A stretch of DNA of 64,000 bases from an uncultured Gemmatimonadales bacterium (GTDB lineage Bacteria; Gemmatimonadota; Gemmatimonadetes; Gemmatimonadales; Gemmatimonadaceae), in assembly GCA_963701965.1 (NCBI GenBank), contig OY969695.1, forward strand, positions 2,336,001-2,400,000, in the 5' to 3' direction. The notes beneath the pieces were generated by a model. That model saw nothing but the letters and a program-made list of their open reading frames with translations. It was not told the DNA's origin and did not search any database. Below are positions 22,970 through 32,115 of the stretch, piece after piece. Each line of letters starts with the position of its first letter. Positions within the stretch are counted from its first letter, which is position 1. A program made the position numbers and the translations under genes.

Positions 22970-23977
22970 ATGAGACGACTCGGCCCCGTCATCATCGGCG
23001 CGCTCATCGCGCTCGTCGTCGGCGATTTGCTCATCATCGCCGTCGGCCAGTCCCCCAACGCCGTCTATCGGCTGCTGTTCGAGGGCACGTGGGGCAATCC
23101 TTACGGCGTGGCGCAAGTCCTGTACAAAGCGACGACGTTGACCTTCACGGGACTCTCGGTGGCCGTCGCCCTCCAGTGCGGATTGTTCAATGTCGGCGCC
23201 GAAGGCCAATTGGCGGCTGGCGGCTTCGCCGCCGCCGCGGCGGGGCTCCTGATCCCCAGCGCTGTGCCCGCGCCAATTGCCGTGGCGATCTGTGCGCTGG
23301 CCGCCGTAACCGGCGGAGCGGTCACGGGCGCCGTGCCGGGCGCGCTCAACGCGTGGTTCGGCGCCAACGAAGTGATCACGACGATCATGCTGAACTTCGT
23401 CGTGCTGTTCTTGTTGAACTGGGTGGTGACGGCGCATCTCCACGTGCCCGAGACCGTGCATACGCCGGCGTTGACGCTGGGCACCGTGCCGCGTCTCTCG
23501 GCATTCGTGCCCGCCTTTCACGGGTCGGCCGCGAACGTCACGATCTTCTTCGCCCTCACCGCCGCCGTCGCCAGCTGGTGGCTGCTCTTTCGCACGCGCT
23601 ACGGCTACGAAGTGCGGGCCGTCGGCCTGGCGCCCGACGCCGCCGAGGCAGCCGGGATCACGCCGGCGCGCGCCCGCTTCATGACCTTCGTGGTCGCCGG
23701 CGCGTTGGCCGGTCTGGGCGGCACGAATTTCGTGCTCGGCTACAAGCACTATTACGAAGATGGATTCGCGGGCGGCGCCGGCCTCGTGGGCATTGCCGTC
23801 GCTCTCGCCGGCCGCGCGAACCCCTTCGGGCTCATCGTCGCCGCCCTGGCCTTCGCCACGCTGTCGCAAGGCGGCCTGGCCATCCATGCGGTCGTCCCCA
23901 AGCAGATGGCCGAGGTGCTGCAAGGCGTGGTCATTCTCGTCATTGCGGCCGCCAGCGGCCGGCGGGCCAAGTCGTGA
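22970..23977 (+). CDS. ABC transporter permease
   Basis: GLFNVGAEGQ and NEVITTIMLN, multiple TM segments. Confidence 0.9.
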   Translation: MRRLGPVIIGALIALVVGDLLIIAVGQSPNAVYRLLFEGTWGNPYGVAQVLYKATTLTFTGLSVAVALQCGLFNVGAEGQLAAGGFAAAAAGLLIPSAVPAPIAVAICALAAVTGGAVTGAVPGALNAWFGANEVITTIMLNFVVLFLLNWVVTAHLHVPETVHTPALTLGTVPRLSAFVPAFHGSAANVTIFFALTAAVASWWLLFRTRYGYEVRAVGLAPDAAEAAGITPARARFMTFVVAGALAGLGGTNFVLGYKHYYEDGFAGGAGLVGIAVALAGRANPFGLIVAALAFATLSQGGLAIHAVVPKQMAEVLQGVVILVIAAASGRRAKS

Positions 23978-24819
23978 ACGCGCTGGGATTTATCTGGCAG
24001 ACGCTGCGCATCGCCGCGCCCTATCTGTTCGCGGCCGCGGGCGGCACCATCGCCGAGCAATCGGGCATCGTGAGCCTCGATCTCGAGGGGTACATGCTGG
24101 CCGGCGCGTGCGCGGCCGCCTTTGGGTCCTACTATGCCGGTGACATGTGGACCGGCGTCGTGTGCGGCGCCGCGGGCGGCGCCGCGCTCGCCGCGCTCCA
24201 CGGCATCGCCACGATCCGCTACCGCGCCGATCAGATCGTGTCGGCGATCGCCATCAACATTCTGGCGATCGGCCTGACCCGGTTCGCCCTCCGCGTCGCC
24301 TTTGGCAGCTCATCGAACTCGCCCCGCATCCCCGGCGTCGCGGGCGGCGCCTTCGTGATCGCCGGCTTGCTCGTTATTCCCGTGGTGGCCGCGATCATCG
24401 CCTGGACTCCCTTTGGCCTCCGCCTGCGCGCCGTTGGCGAATATCCGGGGGCCGCCGCATCGGCCGGGGTCCACATCGCGCGCATTCGCGCGATCGCCGT
24501 GCTGCTCTCTGGTGTGCTGGCCGGCCTCGGTGGCGCGTACCTGGCGCTGGATCAACACCAGTTCTCCGACCAGATGACCGCGGGCCGCGGCTTCATTGCG
24601 CTGGCGGCCGTGATCTTCGGCCGTTGGCGCCCGCTTTACGTCGGGGCCGCCTGTCTCTTGTTCGCGGCCGCGGAAGCCCTGGAAATCAATCTGCAAGGGG
24701 TCAGCGCCGTTCCTTCCCAATTTGTTGCAATGATCCCGTACGTCCTCACTATCGTAGCACTCACGGGTCTGGTAGGTCGGTCCGTCCCTCCGGCCGCCTT
24801 GGGCAACCCCGAACGTTAG
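23974..24819 (+). CDS. ABC transporter permease
   Basis: EQSGIVSLDLEG, GLRLRAVGEYP and GRGFIALAAVIFGRW. GTGA overlap start. Confidence 0.9.
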   Translation: MNALGFIWQTLRIAAPYLFAAAGGTIAEQSGIVSLDLEGYMLAGACAAAFGSYYAGDMWTGVVCGAAGGAALAALHGIATIRYRADQIVSAIAINILAIGLTRFALRVAFGSSSNSPRIPGVAGGAFVIAGLLVIPVVAAIIAWTPFGLRLRAVGEYPGAAASAGVHIARIRAIAVLLSGVLAGLGGAYLALDQHQFSDQMTAGRGFIALAAVIFGRWRPLYVGAACLLFAAAEALEINLQGVSAVPSQFVAMIPYVLTIVALTGLVGRSVPPAALGNPER

Positions 24820-24828
24820 ATTTGCCCT

Positions 24829-26103
24829 GTGAACCGGAAACTGCTCATCCTCATCATCACGGCCGGCGTCGACATGATGGGGACGTTTCTTGTACTCCCC
24901 ATTCTTCCGTTCTACGCCACGCGGCTCGGCGCCAACGCGTTTATCGTGTCCTGCCTGACCGCTTCGTTCAGCCTCGCGACGTTGCTCTCGGCCCCGTATT
25001 GGGGCCGTTTTTCCGACCGCCATGGCCGGAGACCCGCCCTGCTGATCGCGCTCGGCGCATCGGCGATCGGGTACGTGATCTTCGCCTTCGCGAACTCCGT
25101 CCCTTTGCTGCTGCTGTCGCGCATCGTCCAAGGGGCCGGCGGTGGCACCGTAGGCGTCATTCAGGCGTACGTCGCCGACGCGACCGAACCCAAAGGCCGC
25201 ACCCGTGCGCTCGGATGGCTGTCCGCGGCCACCAATGCCGGTGTGCTCGTGGGCCCCGCGATCGGGTCCCTGTCGTACCAGCTTGGCGAATATGCTTTTC
25301 ACTTGAACGGGCACTCGTTCATGCTCGGCAGCCACACGCCGGGCCTGCTCGCGGCGCTCGTCTGCGTCTGCAATAGCTACTTCGTCTGGAAGAATCTGCG
25401 CGAGACGCGCGTGATCTCCTCGTCGAAGGCGGTCCGCGTCGAGCGCTCGACGCAGGTGATCTGGAACATCATCCGGCATTCCGATCGACCGGCCTCGCGG
25501 CTCATCTGGATCTACGCCATCGCGCTCGGGGCTTTCTACGGTGTGACGACCGTGATGGTCCTCTACCTGGGCTTCCGGTTCAACTTCAACGAGAAATCGA
25601 TCGGCCCACTGTTCTCGTACATGGGGATGATCTCCATCATCGCCCGTGCGGGGCTGCTCGGGCCGGCCATCGACCGATTCGGCGAGGCCCGGCTCTCGCG
25701 CGTCGGGACGGTGATGCTGGCGCTGGGCCTCGTGTTGGTCCCACTGGCCCCATCCGTGTTCGCATTCTATCTGGTGGTGCCGCTCCTCAACATCGGCACG
25801 GCCTTCACGTTTCCCGGCGTCACGGCGTTGCTCTCCCGCGTGATCCCGGTCGACGAGCGGGGCCTGTACATGGGCGCCCAGCAATCGTTCGGGGGCGTGG
25901 CCCGGGTGCTGTTCCCCTTGGGCGCCGGGCTACTCTACGTCACCGTGGGCCACGGCGCGCCATTCTGGATCGCGGCCACGCTCGTCATGGCCACGCTGCT
26001 GCTGGGACTCGATATGGAGAGCTACGTGCGCCCCGAACCAGCGCCCGTCCCCGCGGCCATCACCCCGAGTGAGGAAGTGACGACGTCTCGGGTGAGTGGA
26101 TAG
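24829..26103 (+). CDS. MFS transporter (TetA/DHA1-like)
   Basis: GRFSDRHGRRP motif A and SRIVQG, about 12 TM segments. Confidence 0.9.
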   Translation: MNRKLLILIITAGVDMMGTFLVLPILPFYATRLGANAFIVSCLTASFSLATLLSAPYWGRFSDRHGRRPALLIALGASAIGYVIFAFANSVPLLLLSRIVQGAGGGTVGVIQAYVADATEPKGRTRALGWLSAATNAGVLVGPAIGSLSYQLGEYAFHLNGHSFMLGSHTPGLLAALVCVCNSYFVWKNLRETRVISSSKAVRVERSTQVIWNIIRHSDRPASRLIWIYAIALGAFYGVTTVMVLYLGFRFNFNEKSIGPLFSYMGMISIIARAGLLGPAIDRFGEARLSRVGTVMLALGLVLVPLAPSVFAFYLVVPLLNIGTAFTFPGVTALLSRVIPVDERGLYMGAQQSFGGVARVLFPLGAGLLYVTVGHGAPFWIAATLVMATLLLGLDMESYVRPEPAPVPAAITPSEEVTTSRVSG

Positions 26104-26647
26104 GCGGGTGGACCGCCTCGCCGATCGCCTCGGACACGTTCACCTGCAGGCTCTTCGCCAAGGCCAGACCACGCGTCTGCAGCCACTCCACCGGCCAGCG
26201 CAGCGCCTCATTGACCGTCGCTAGGAGCGCGCTCGACTCGGGCGTGGGGACCTGCGCCTTGGAGATGGACACATCGATCTCGGCCAACGGCGCGCTGGGC
26301 AGCGGCAAGAGCGGCTTCCCACCCGTCTCCCGCGCCCGGCGGGCAACCGCGTCGAGCACGCGCACGAGATGCCGCAGCATGTAGTCGGGCCGTGGCCGCG
26401 CTTCGATGATCAGCCGCGTCAACTTGGACCGCAGCGTGGGATCGATCCGCCCGGTCCGCATCGCATCGAGCACGGCGAAATACAGCTTCTTCGCCCGACG
26501 CTCGACCGCGTGCGCGGCATACGCGCCGGCGACCGGCACCGGGGGCACGGGCAGACGGAATTTGTACCGGGGGACAGCGTCGCTGTCCGCACGGCCGTGA
26601 ACGACCAGGGCTGGTGCACGGCGCGCTGGACGCGTCCGGTTACGCAT
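26060..26647 (-). CDS. Hypothetical protein
   Basis: 195-aa ORF filling the gap, with purine-rich RBS (GAGGAGAAGGAG) upstream. No recognisable motif. Confidence 0.6.
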   Translation of the reverse strand: MRNRTRPARRAPALVVHGRADSDAVPRYKFRLPVPPVPVAGAYAAHAVERRAKKLYFAVLDAMRTGRIDPTLRSKLTRLIIEARPRPDYMLRHLVRVLDAVARRARETGGKPLLPLPSAPLAEIDVSISKAQVPTPESSALLATVNEALRWPVEWLQTRGLALAKSLQVNVSEAIGEAVHPPIHSPETSSLPHSG

Positions 26648-26719
26648 GACTCGGTATCTCCCTTCTCCTCACGAACGGGGACGCGCGGGAAGATAGATTG
26701 GCCACACGCCGGGAGCCAG

Positions 26720-28042
26720 TCACTTTGCGGCGACAACTCTCATATACGGCCGCGCCTCACTTGCTACGGCGGTGTCGCTCTCCAACGGTGATGTGATGAT
26801 CCGCGACCCACGCTGGTACGTGAAGTACGCATAGGCCCACTCAACGAGCACGCTGAGCCGGTTTCGGAAGCCGGCGAGATACAGGATGTGCACGAAGAGC
26901 CACAGGAACCACGCCAGGACGCCCGTAACCCGGACGAAGCCGAAGTTGGCGATGGCGCGGTGGCGGCCCAGGGTCGCCAGATCGCCTTTGTTCACATAGT
27001 GGAACGGTTTTCGGGAACGCCCGGCTAGCGAAGCAATAATGCTCGCGCCCGCGTGCCATCCGCCCTGCATCGCTCCGGGGGCCACCCACGGCACGGGCGC
27101 CCCGTTCTTCCCCGGCACGGTCGCGAGATCGCCGACGACGAACACTTCCGGATGCCCGGGAATCGAGAGATCGGGCTCGACCTCGACGCGCCCGGCGCGA
27201 TCGAGTGGCACGCCGAGGGTCCGGGCCAGCGGTGACGCGGCATTCCCCGCGGCCCAGAAGATCGTGCGTGTCGGGATCCGCTCATCGCCGACATACACCG
27301 TATCGGGCTCGACCCGGGTCACCATCGCGTTGAGACGCACATCCACCCCCAGTTTGCCGAGGTCCCGCACCGCGTGATCGGCGAGCGACTGCGGAAACGC
27401 GGGCAAGAGACGCAATGTGCCTTCGAGCAGAATGACCTTCACGTCGCGCAGATCGGCGCGCCGAAAATCTCCGCGAAACGCCACGTGCGACACCGGCGCC
27501 AGGATGCCCGCCAACTCGCAACCCGTCGGTCCGCCGCCGACGACCACGAACGTCAGATACTCCTGACGCTCGATCGGATCATCGGTCCGCTCCGCCACCT
27601 CCAAGGCATCGAGAAAACGATTGCGGATGACGACGGCATCGCGGAGACTCTTGAGCCCGGGCGCCAACGCCTCCCACTCCGGATGCGAGAAGTACGAGTG
27701 GCGGGCGCCGGTGGCCACGATGAGATAGTCGTACGAGATCGACTCGCCGTGATCGAGCTCGACGATCCGGTGCGCGACGTCGATCCGCGTGGCCTCGGCC
27801 ATGAGGACTTCCACGTTCTTCTGCTTCCGCAGGAGCCAACGGATCGGCGTCGCAATGTCGCTGGGCGCCAGCGTGGCCGTCGCCACCTGATACAGCAGTG
27901 GCTGGAACAAGTGATGGTTCGCGCGATCGACGAGTGTGATGTCGACTGCCGCGCGCTTCAACCGCTGTGCCGCCTTGAAACCGCCGAACCCCCCACCGAT
28001 GATCACGACGCGCGGCCGGGGACGATCGCCGTTCATCGCCAT
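26720..28042 (-). CDS. ndh: Type II NADH dehydrogenase / NAD(P)/FAD-dependent oxidoreductase
   Basis: GGGFGG, HLFQPLLYQVATA, VVGGGPTGCELAG and WAAG. Confidence 0.88.
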   Translation of the reverse strand: MAMNGDRPRPRVVIIGGGFGGFKAAQRLKRAAVDITLVDRANHHLFQPLLYQVATATLAPSDIATPIRWLLRKQKNVEVLMAEATRIDVAHRIVELDHGESISYDYLIVATGARHSYFSHPEWEALAPGLKSLRDAVVIRNRFLDALEVAERTDDPIERQEYLTFVVVGGGPTGCELAGILAPVSHVAFRGDFRRADLRDVKVILLEGTLRLLPAFPQSLADHAVRDLGKLGVDVRLNAMVTRVEPDTVYVGDERIPTRTIFWAAGNAASPLARTLGVPLDRAGRVEVEPDLSIPGHPEVFVVGDLATVPGKNGAPVPWVAPGAMQGGWHAGASIIASLAGRSRKPFHYVNKGDLATLGRHRAIANFGFVRVTGVLAWFLWLFVHILYLAGFRNRLSVLVEWAYAYFTYQRGSRIITSPLESDTAVASEARPYMRVVAAK

Positions 28043-28057
28043 TCTTAACTATAACCA

Positions 28058-29737
28058 CTAGTGGATCGGTTGCTCGGTCAGCTCGATGCGGCCCGCGGCG
28101 CCGATGAGGCGCGCAGCCAGAGTGATCAATAGCACGATGCCGATGAGCAGCACGCTGAAGGCGGCCGCGGTGCCGAACGCGAAATCACGGATCTGCGCCA
28201 GGATCTCGATGGAAATGGGGCGATTCGCGTGTGTATAGAGCACCACCGACGCGACGAATTCGCCAACCGCTGTGATCGCCGCGAGTTGAGCGCCGGCGAC
28301 CAAACCCGGCCGTGCGGCGGGCAACATCACGCGCCGCAACACCAGCCACCAGTTTGCGCCGAGCCCGCGCGCCGCGTCCTCGAGCGAGGGATCCATCTGG
28401 CGTAGTGAGCCCTCGACAGCCGAGGCCACGAGTGGAACGCCGCGGATGAAGTACGCCAAGGGGAGGATCCAGAAGGATCCCACGAGCAACAGCCGGAGCG
28501 TCGCCGCGTCGTTGCGATTGAACGTCGACGCCAGACCAATGGCAACAGCGGTGGCGGGGATGGCCCACGGCAGCGCGACGAGAAACTCGAGCAGCCGCCG
28601 CCCCGGGAATTTGCGCAGCGCAATGAGGTAGGCTGCGGCCGAGCAGATCACGACGTTGCCCGCGGTGGCCAGGAGCGCCATCTCGACGCTGCTCCACACC
28701 GGTCTCCACAGATCGGGATCCGTCGCCAGGCGGCGGAAGTTGTCCAAGGTGTACGCCGGCGGCAGCACCTGCGTCGTCCACGCCCCGTCCTTGGCGAACG
28801 ACACGAGCACGATCATCAAGTGCGGCAGAATCAGCACCGTGACCGCCGCCGCGGCCGCAGGCAGCGTCAGTGCCCGCAGCATCGGCGACCGCACGCGCTG
28901 GCGCGTGATGCCGCCCTTGCCCAGCGCCGCGTACCGGCGGCGGCCCTCGAACCAGCGCGACAACCACAACGCGGCCAACGCCGCCAACGCCAGCACCGTG
29001 GTCTCGACGTAGGCGACACCGACGTTGCCGTTCAAGCGCGAGACCAGGATCTGGGTCGAGAGCACGCGCAGCCCGCCGCCGAAGATGTACGGCGCGGAGA
29101 ACGAGCCGAGGGAGCTCATGAAAACGAGCAGCATGGCGCCGGCGAGCGCGGGCGTGAGCAGCGGGATCGTGACGCGGCGGAGCCGCCGCACGGTGCCCGC
29201 GCCCAACCCCGCCGCCGCTTCGTCCAGTGACGTGTCGTAGCGTTCGAGGCCGGCCGCGACGAACATGTACACATACACATACATCGTGTAGGCGTGCACG
29301 AAGACGATCGCCCATCCCCCGCCCAGCGTCCATGGGGGCGTGTCGCGGTGCAAGAGCGCCTGCACCGCTCGCGTCACCACCCCGCTCTCTCCGTACAGGA
29401 AGAGAAACGCCACCACCCCGACGAGCGGCGGCAGCGCCGCCGGCAGCGTCGCCACCGCGCGGAGCAGGAGGCGTCCGCGGAATTCGATCCGGGTCAGTAG
29501 AAAAGCGAGGGGAAGGCCGATCGCCGTCGACGCGATGACCGAGACCACCGAGATCCAGAGACTCGTCCACAGCGCTTCGCGGTCCGCGGGGCTCGCCGCG
29601 AACGCGTGCCAGTAGCCCAGGCCGCGGCCAAAGCTGCCCGCGAGCACGGCGGCGTTGGGGTATACCACGGACCAGAGCAGCACGGCGAACAGCGGCCATG
29701 CCAGGAGCGGAACGCGGTTACGCGTAGCCGAGCCCAC
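28058..29737 (-). CDS. Fe3+/polyamine-type ABC transporter permease (duplicated)
   Basis: Two EAA loops (SLDEAAAGLGAG, SLEDAARGLGAN). Start uncertain; GTG 29737 chosen. Confidence 0.85.
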   Translation of the reverse strand: MGSATRNRVPLLAWPLFAVLLWSVVYPNAAVLAGSFGRGLGYWHAFAASPADREALWTSLWISVVSVIASTAIGLPLAFLLTRIEFRGRLLLRAVATLPAALPPLVGVVAFLFLYGESGVVTRAVQALLHRDTPPWTLGGGWAIVFVHAYTMYVYVYMFVAAGLERYDTSLDEAAAGLGAGTVRRLRRVTIPLLTPALAGAMLLVFMSSLGSFSAPYIFGGGLRVLSTQILVSRLNGNVGVAYVETTVLALAALAALWLSRWFEGRRRYAALGKGGITRQRVRSPMLRALTLPAAAAAVTVLILPHLMIVLVSFAKDGAWTTQVLPPAYTLDNFRRLATDPDLWRPVWSSVEMALLATAGNVVICSAAAYLIALRKFPGRRLLEFLVALPWAIPATAVAIGLASTFNRNDAATLRLLLVGSFWILPLAYFIRGVPLVASAVEGSLRQMDPSLEDAARGLGANWWLVLRRVMLPAARPGLVAGAQLAAITAVGEFVASVVLYTHANRPISIEILAQIRDFAFGTAAAFSVLLIGIVLLITLAARLIGAAGRIELTEQPIH

Positions 29738-29987
29738 GGACGATGTCGCGGAGATCTTCGTCGGAGAGGCGCGCGAGGTCCGCCCAGCTCGCCGTCGCGT
29801 ACGGAACGGCGTAGAACGCACCCGTGCTCGACTCGAAGAAGAGTCGCGGAGGGCTGGGCGGCAGCGCGGCGCGCGCTTCGCGGACGCGGAGATCCAGCGG
29901 GAGGTCGGATGGCCACGCCTCCCACAACATGCCGTCACACACGAAGCGCCGCCGTTTCTGATCTATCTGAGCCATGAGTGCGTACAC
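29718..29987 (-). CDS. Small hypothetical protein inside the ABC operon
   Basis: 89-aa ORF between the ATPase and permease on the same strand. Alternative ATG at 29975. Confidence 0.6.
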   Translation of the reverse strand: MYALMAQIDQKRRRFVCDGMLWEAWPSDLPLDLRVREARAALPPSPPRLFFESSTGAFYAVPYATASWADLARLSDEDLRDIVRGLGYA

Positions 29988-29992
29988 CCACG

Positions 29993-31099
29993 TTAGCCGG
30001 CCTCCCCTGCGGAGCCGGTAACAAGCTGGTACCCCGCAGGCTCGCGTCCGGTCGCGACCACAGGCACCGGCTGGCGTACAATGCGCACGGCCGCCAAGTC
30101 CCCTTCGTCAGCCACGCGCTCGCTGCACGCGACTTCGACCTCCGGCCCCCGGTCGAGCTGCACGCGATAGTGGTACGACGACCCGGCGAACCGCCGGCTC
30201 TTCACGACGCCGGGCCACGTCTCCGGCGCCCCCGCCGGAGCGAACCCCAGCGCTTCGGGACGCAGCACCGCCAGCATCGTCTTCCCCGTCTCCGCTGTTC
30301 GCACGACTCGGACCACACGGTCGACACCCGCGACGCGAATCACGGCCTTGTCGTCTCCTTGCGCTTCCGCGGGGAGCAACGTGCCCCGCCCGACGAACTC
30401 GGCGACCTCCCGACACGCCGGCGTCTCGTACAGCGCTTCCGGCGTGCCGACCTGGAGCAGGCGGCCTCGACTGAGGAGCGCCACGCGGTCGGCGATCGCG
30501 AACGCGTCCTCCTGATCGTGGGTGACGAACAACGCCGTCACGTTCTGGCGGCGGAGCATGGCCCGGAGCTCATCGCGCATCGACTGCCGGAGCGTGGGAT
30601 CGAGATTCGACAACGGCTCATCGAGAAGCAGCACCCGCGGCTCGATGACCAGCGCCCGCGCCAGCGCCACGCGCTGCTGCTCGCCGCCGGAGAGCGCCTG
30701 CACCGGCCGCGGCCCCGCGCCATCGAGGCCGACGCCCGCCAGCGCGGCCTGCGCCCGCACGCGACGCGCGGCCCGCGCGACGCCCCGCGCCTCCAAACCA
30801 AACCCGACGTTGTCCTCGACCGTCAGATGCGGAAACAGCGCGTAATGCTGAAACACCATCCCGAAGTCCCGCCGCTGCGGCGGGAGGTTCGTGATGTCCT
30901 TCCCATCGAGGATCACCGCGCCGGCATCCGCCGGCTCGTAGCCCGCGGCGATGCGCAGCGTCGTCGTCTTGCCCGACCCGCTGGCGCCGACGAGCGCCAA
31001 CAGCTCTCCCGACGCGACCTCGATCGACACTCCGTCGACAGCCACCTTCGCCGCGAACCGGCGCGTGACGCCGCGGAGCGACAGCGTGCCCGCGGTCAC
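29993..31099 (-). CDS. ABC transporter ATP-binding protein (FbpC/PotA-like)
   Basis: GASGSGKTT, FQHYALFPHLTV, LSGGEQQRVALARAL and LLLDEP. GTGA overlap start. Confidence 0.92.
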   Translation of the reverse strand: MTAGTLSLRGVTRRFAAKVAVDGVSIEVASGELLALVGASGSGKTTTLRIAAGYEPADAGAVILDGKDITNLPPQRRDFGMVFQHYALFPHLTVEDNVGFGLEARGVARAARRVRAQAALAGVGLDGAGPRPVQALSGGEQQRVALARALVIEPRVLLLDEPLSNLDPTLRQSMRDELRAMLRRQNVTALFVTHDQEDAFAIADRVALLSRGRLLQVGTPEALYETPACREVAEFVGRGTLLPAEAQGDDKAVIRVAGVDRVVRVVRTAETGKTMLAVLRPEALGFAPAGAPETWPGVVKSRRFAGSSYHYRVQLDRGPEVEVACSERVADEGDLAAVRIVRQPVPVVATGREPAGYQLVTGSAGEAG

Positions 31100-32115
31100 C
31101 CGCGGCGACGGATATGGGAGTCCCAGTACGTCATCCAACTATCGAGGCTGTCGGCGAGGAGCGCCCGGTTGACCGGCATGAGCTTGATCTCGCGCCGCGC
31201 CGCGCGGACCCATTCCGGCAGCGAGTCCTCGGGAATGTCGGTGCGGGCCGGGATGCGGTTCTGCTCGCGCGCCGCCACCAGGAGCAGCGGCTCGCTGGTG
31301 ACGAACTCGTAGAACGCCTTGGCGGGCACGGGGTGGGCGGATCCCTTCACCAGCGCGATAGCGTCGACGAGGAGCGGCGTACCACTCGTCGGGATCTTGT
31401 ATTTGACCGGAATGCCGAGGCGTTGCTGCAAGCTGGCAATGTCGGGCATGTCGAACAGCGTGATCAACCCCTCTTGCCGGCCGAGCTTCTGAAAGAGGAT
31501 CGTCGGGTTGAGCGTGTACTCCTTGGTATTGGCGTCGAGACGGCGCAACCAGTCCCATCCCGCGGCGGTCGATCCCGTCGCGGCCACGGACCGCGACAGG
31601 ATCGCGCCGAAGATCTCGCGCATGCTGCCCGAGGCCACGGGATCCCGAATGAGGAGCTTGCCCTTCCATCGGGGATCCAGGACATCGTCCCAATCCTTTG
31701 GCGCGACGGAGTCGGGCACCGCCACGCTGTTGTAGCCGATGACCTCGGGGGTCAGGTACGTCCCGTACCACCGGTTCGCGCTGTCCCGCGCTTCCGCCGG
31801 GACATACTCGGCCCACGTGGGCGTATAGGGATCGAGGAGACCCTCCTTCGCCGCCCGCTCAAAGGCGTCCGCCGGCGCGCCGAACCACACATCGGCCTGC
31901 GGGTTGACCGACTCCGCGCGCAAGCGATCCAACACTTCCTGCGCGCCCATGTCCACCCATTGGACGTCGATCTCGGGATGCGCGGCCTCGAACCGCTTGG
32001 CAAAATCGGCGAGCAGCGCCTTTCCGTGCGGTGAGTACACGACGAGCGGCGTCCGATGATCGCGCGAGCACGCGCCCACGAGCAACAGCGCCAGCCCTAG
32101 GGCGCCGCGTCTCAC
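31096..32115 (-). CDS. ABC transporter substrate-binding lipoprotein (Fe3+/polyamine family)
   Basis: Lipobox VGAC, plus NPQADVWFG and PKDWDDVLDPRWKG. Confidence 0.88.
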   Translation of the reverse strand: MRRGALGLALLLVGACSRDHRTPLVVYSPHGKALLADFAKRFEAAHPEIDVQWVDMGAQEVLDRLRAESVNPQADVWFGAPADAFERAAKEGLLDPYTPTWAEYVPAEARDSANRWYGTYLTPEVIGYNSVAVPDSVAPKDWDDVLDPRWKGKLLIRDPVASGSMREIFGAILSRSVAATGSTAAGWDWLRRLDANTKEYTLNPTILFQKLGRQEGLITLFDMPDIASLQQRLGIPVKYKIPTSGTPLLVDAIALVKGSAHPVPAKAFYEFVTSEPLLLVAAREQNRIPARTDIPEDSLPEWVRAARREIKLMPVNRALLADSLDSWMTYWDSHIRRRG

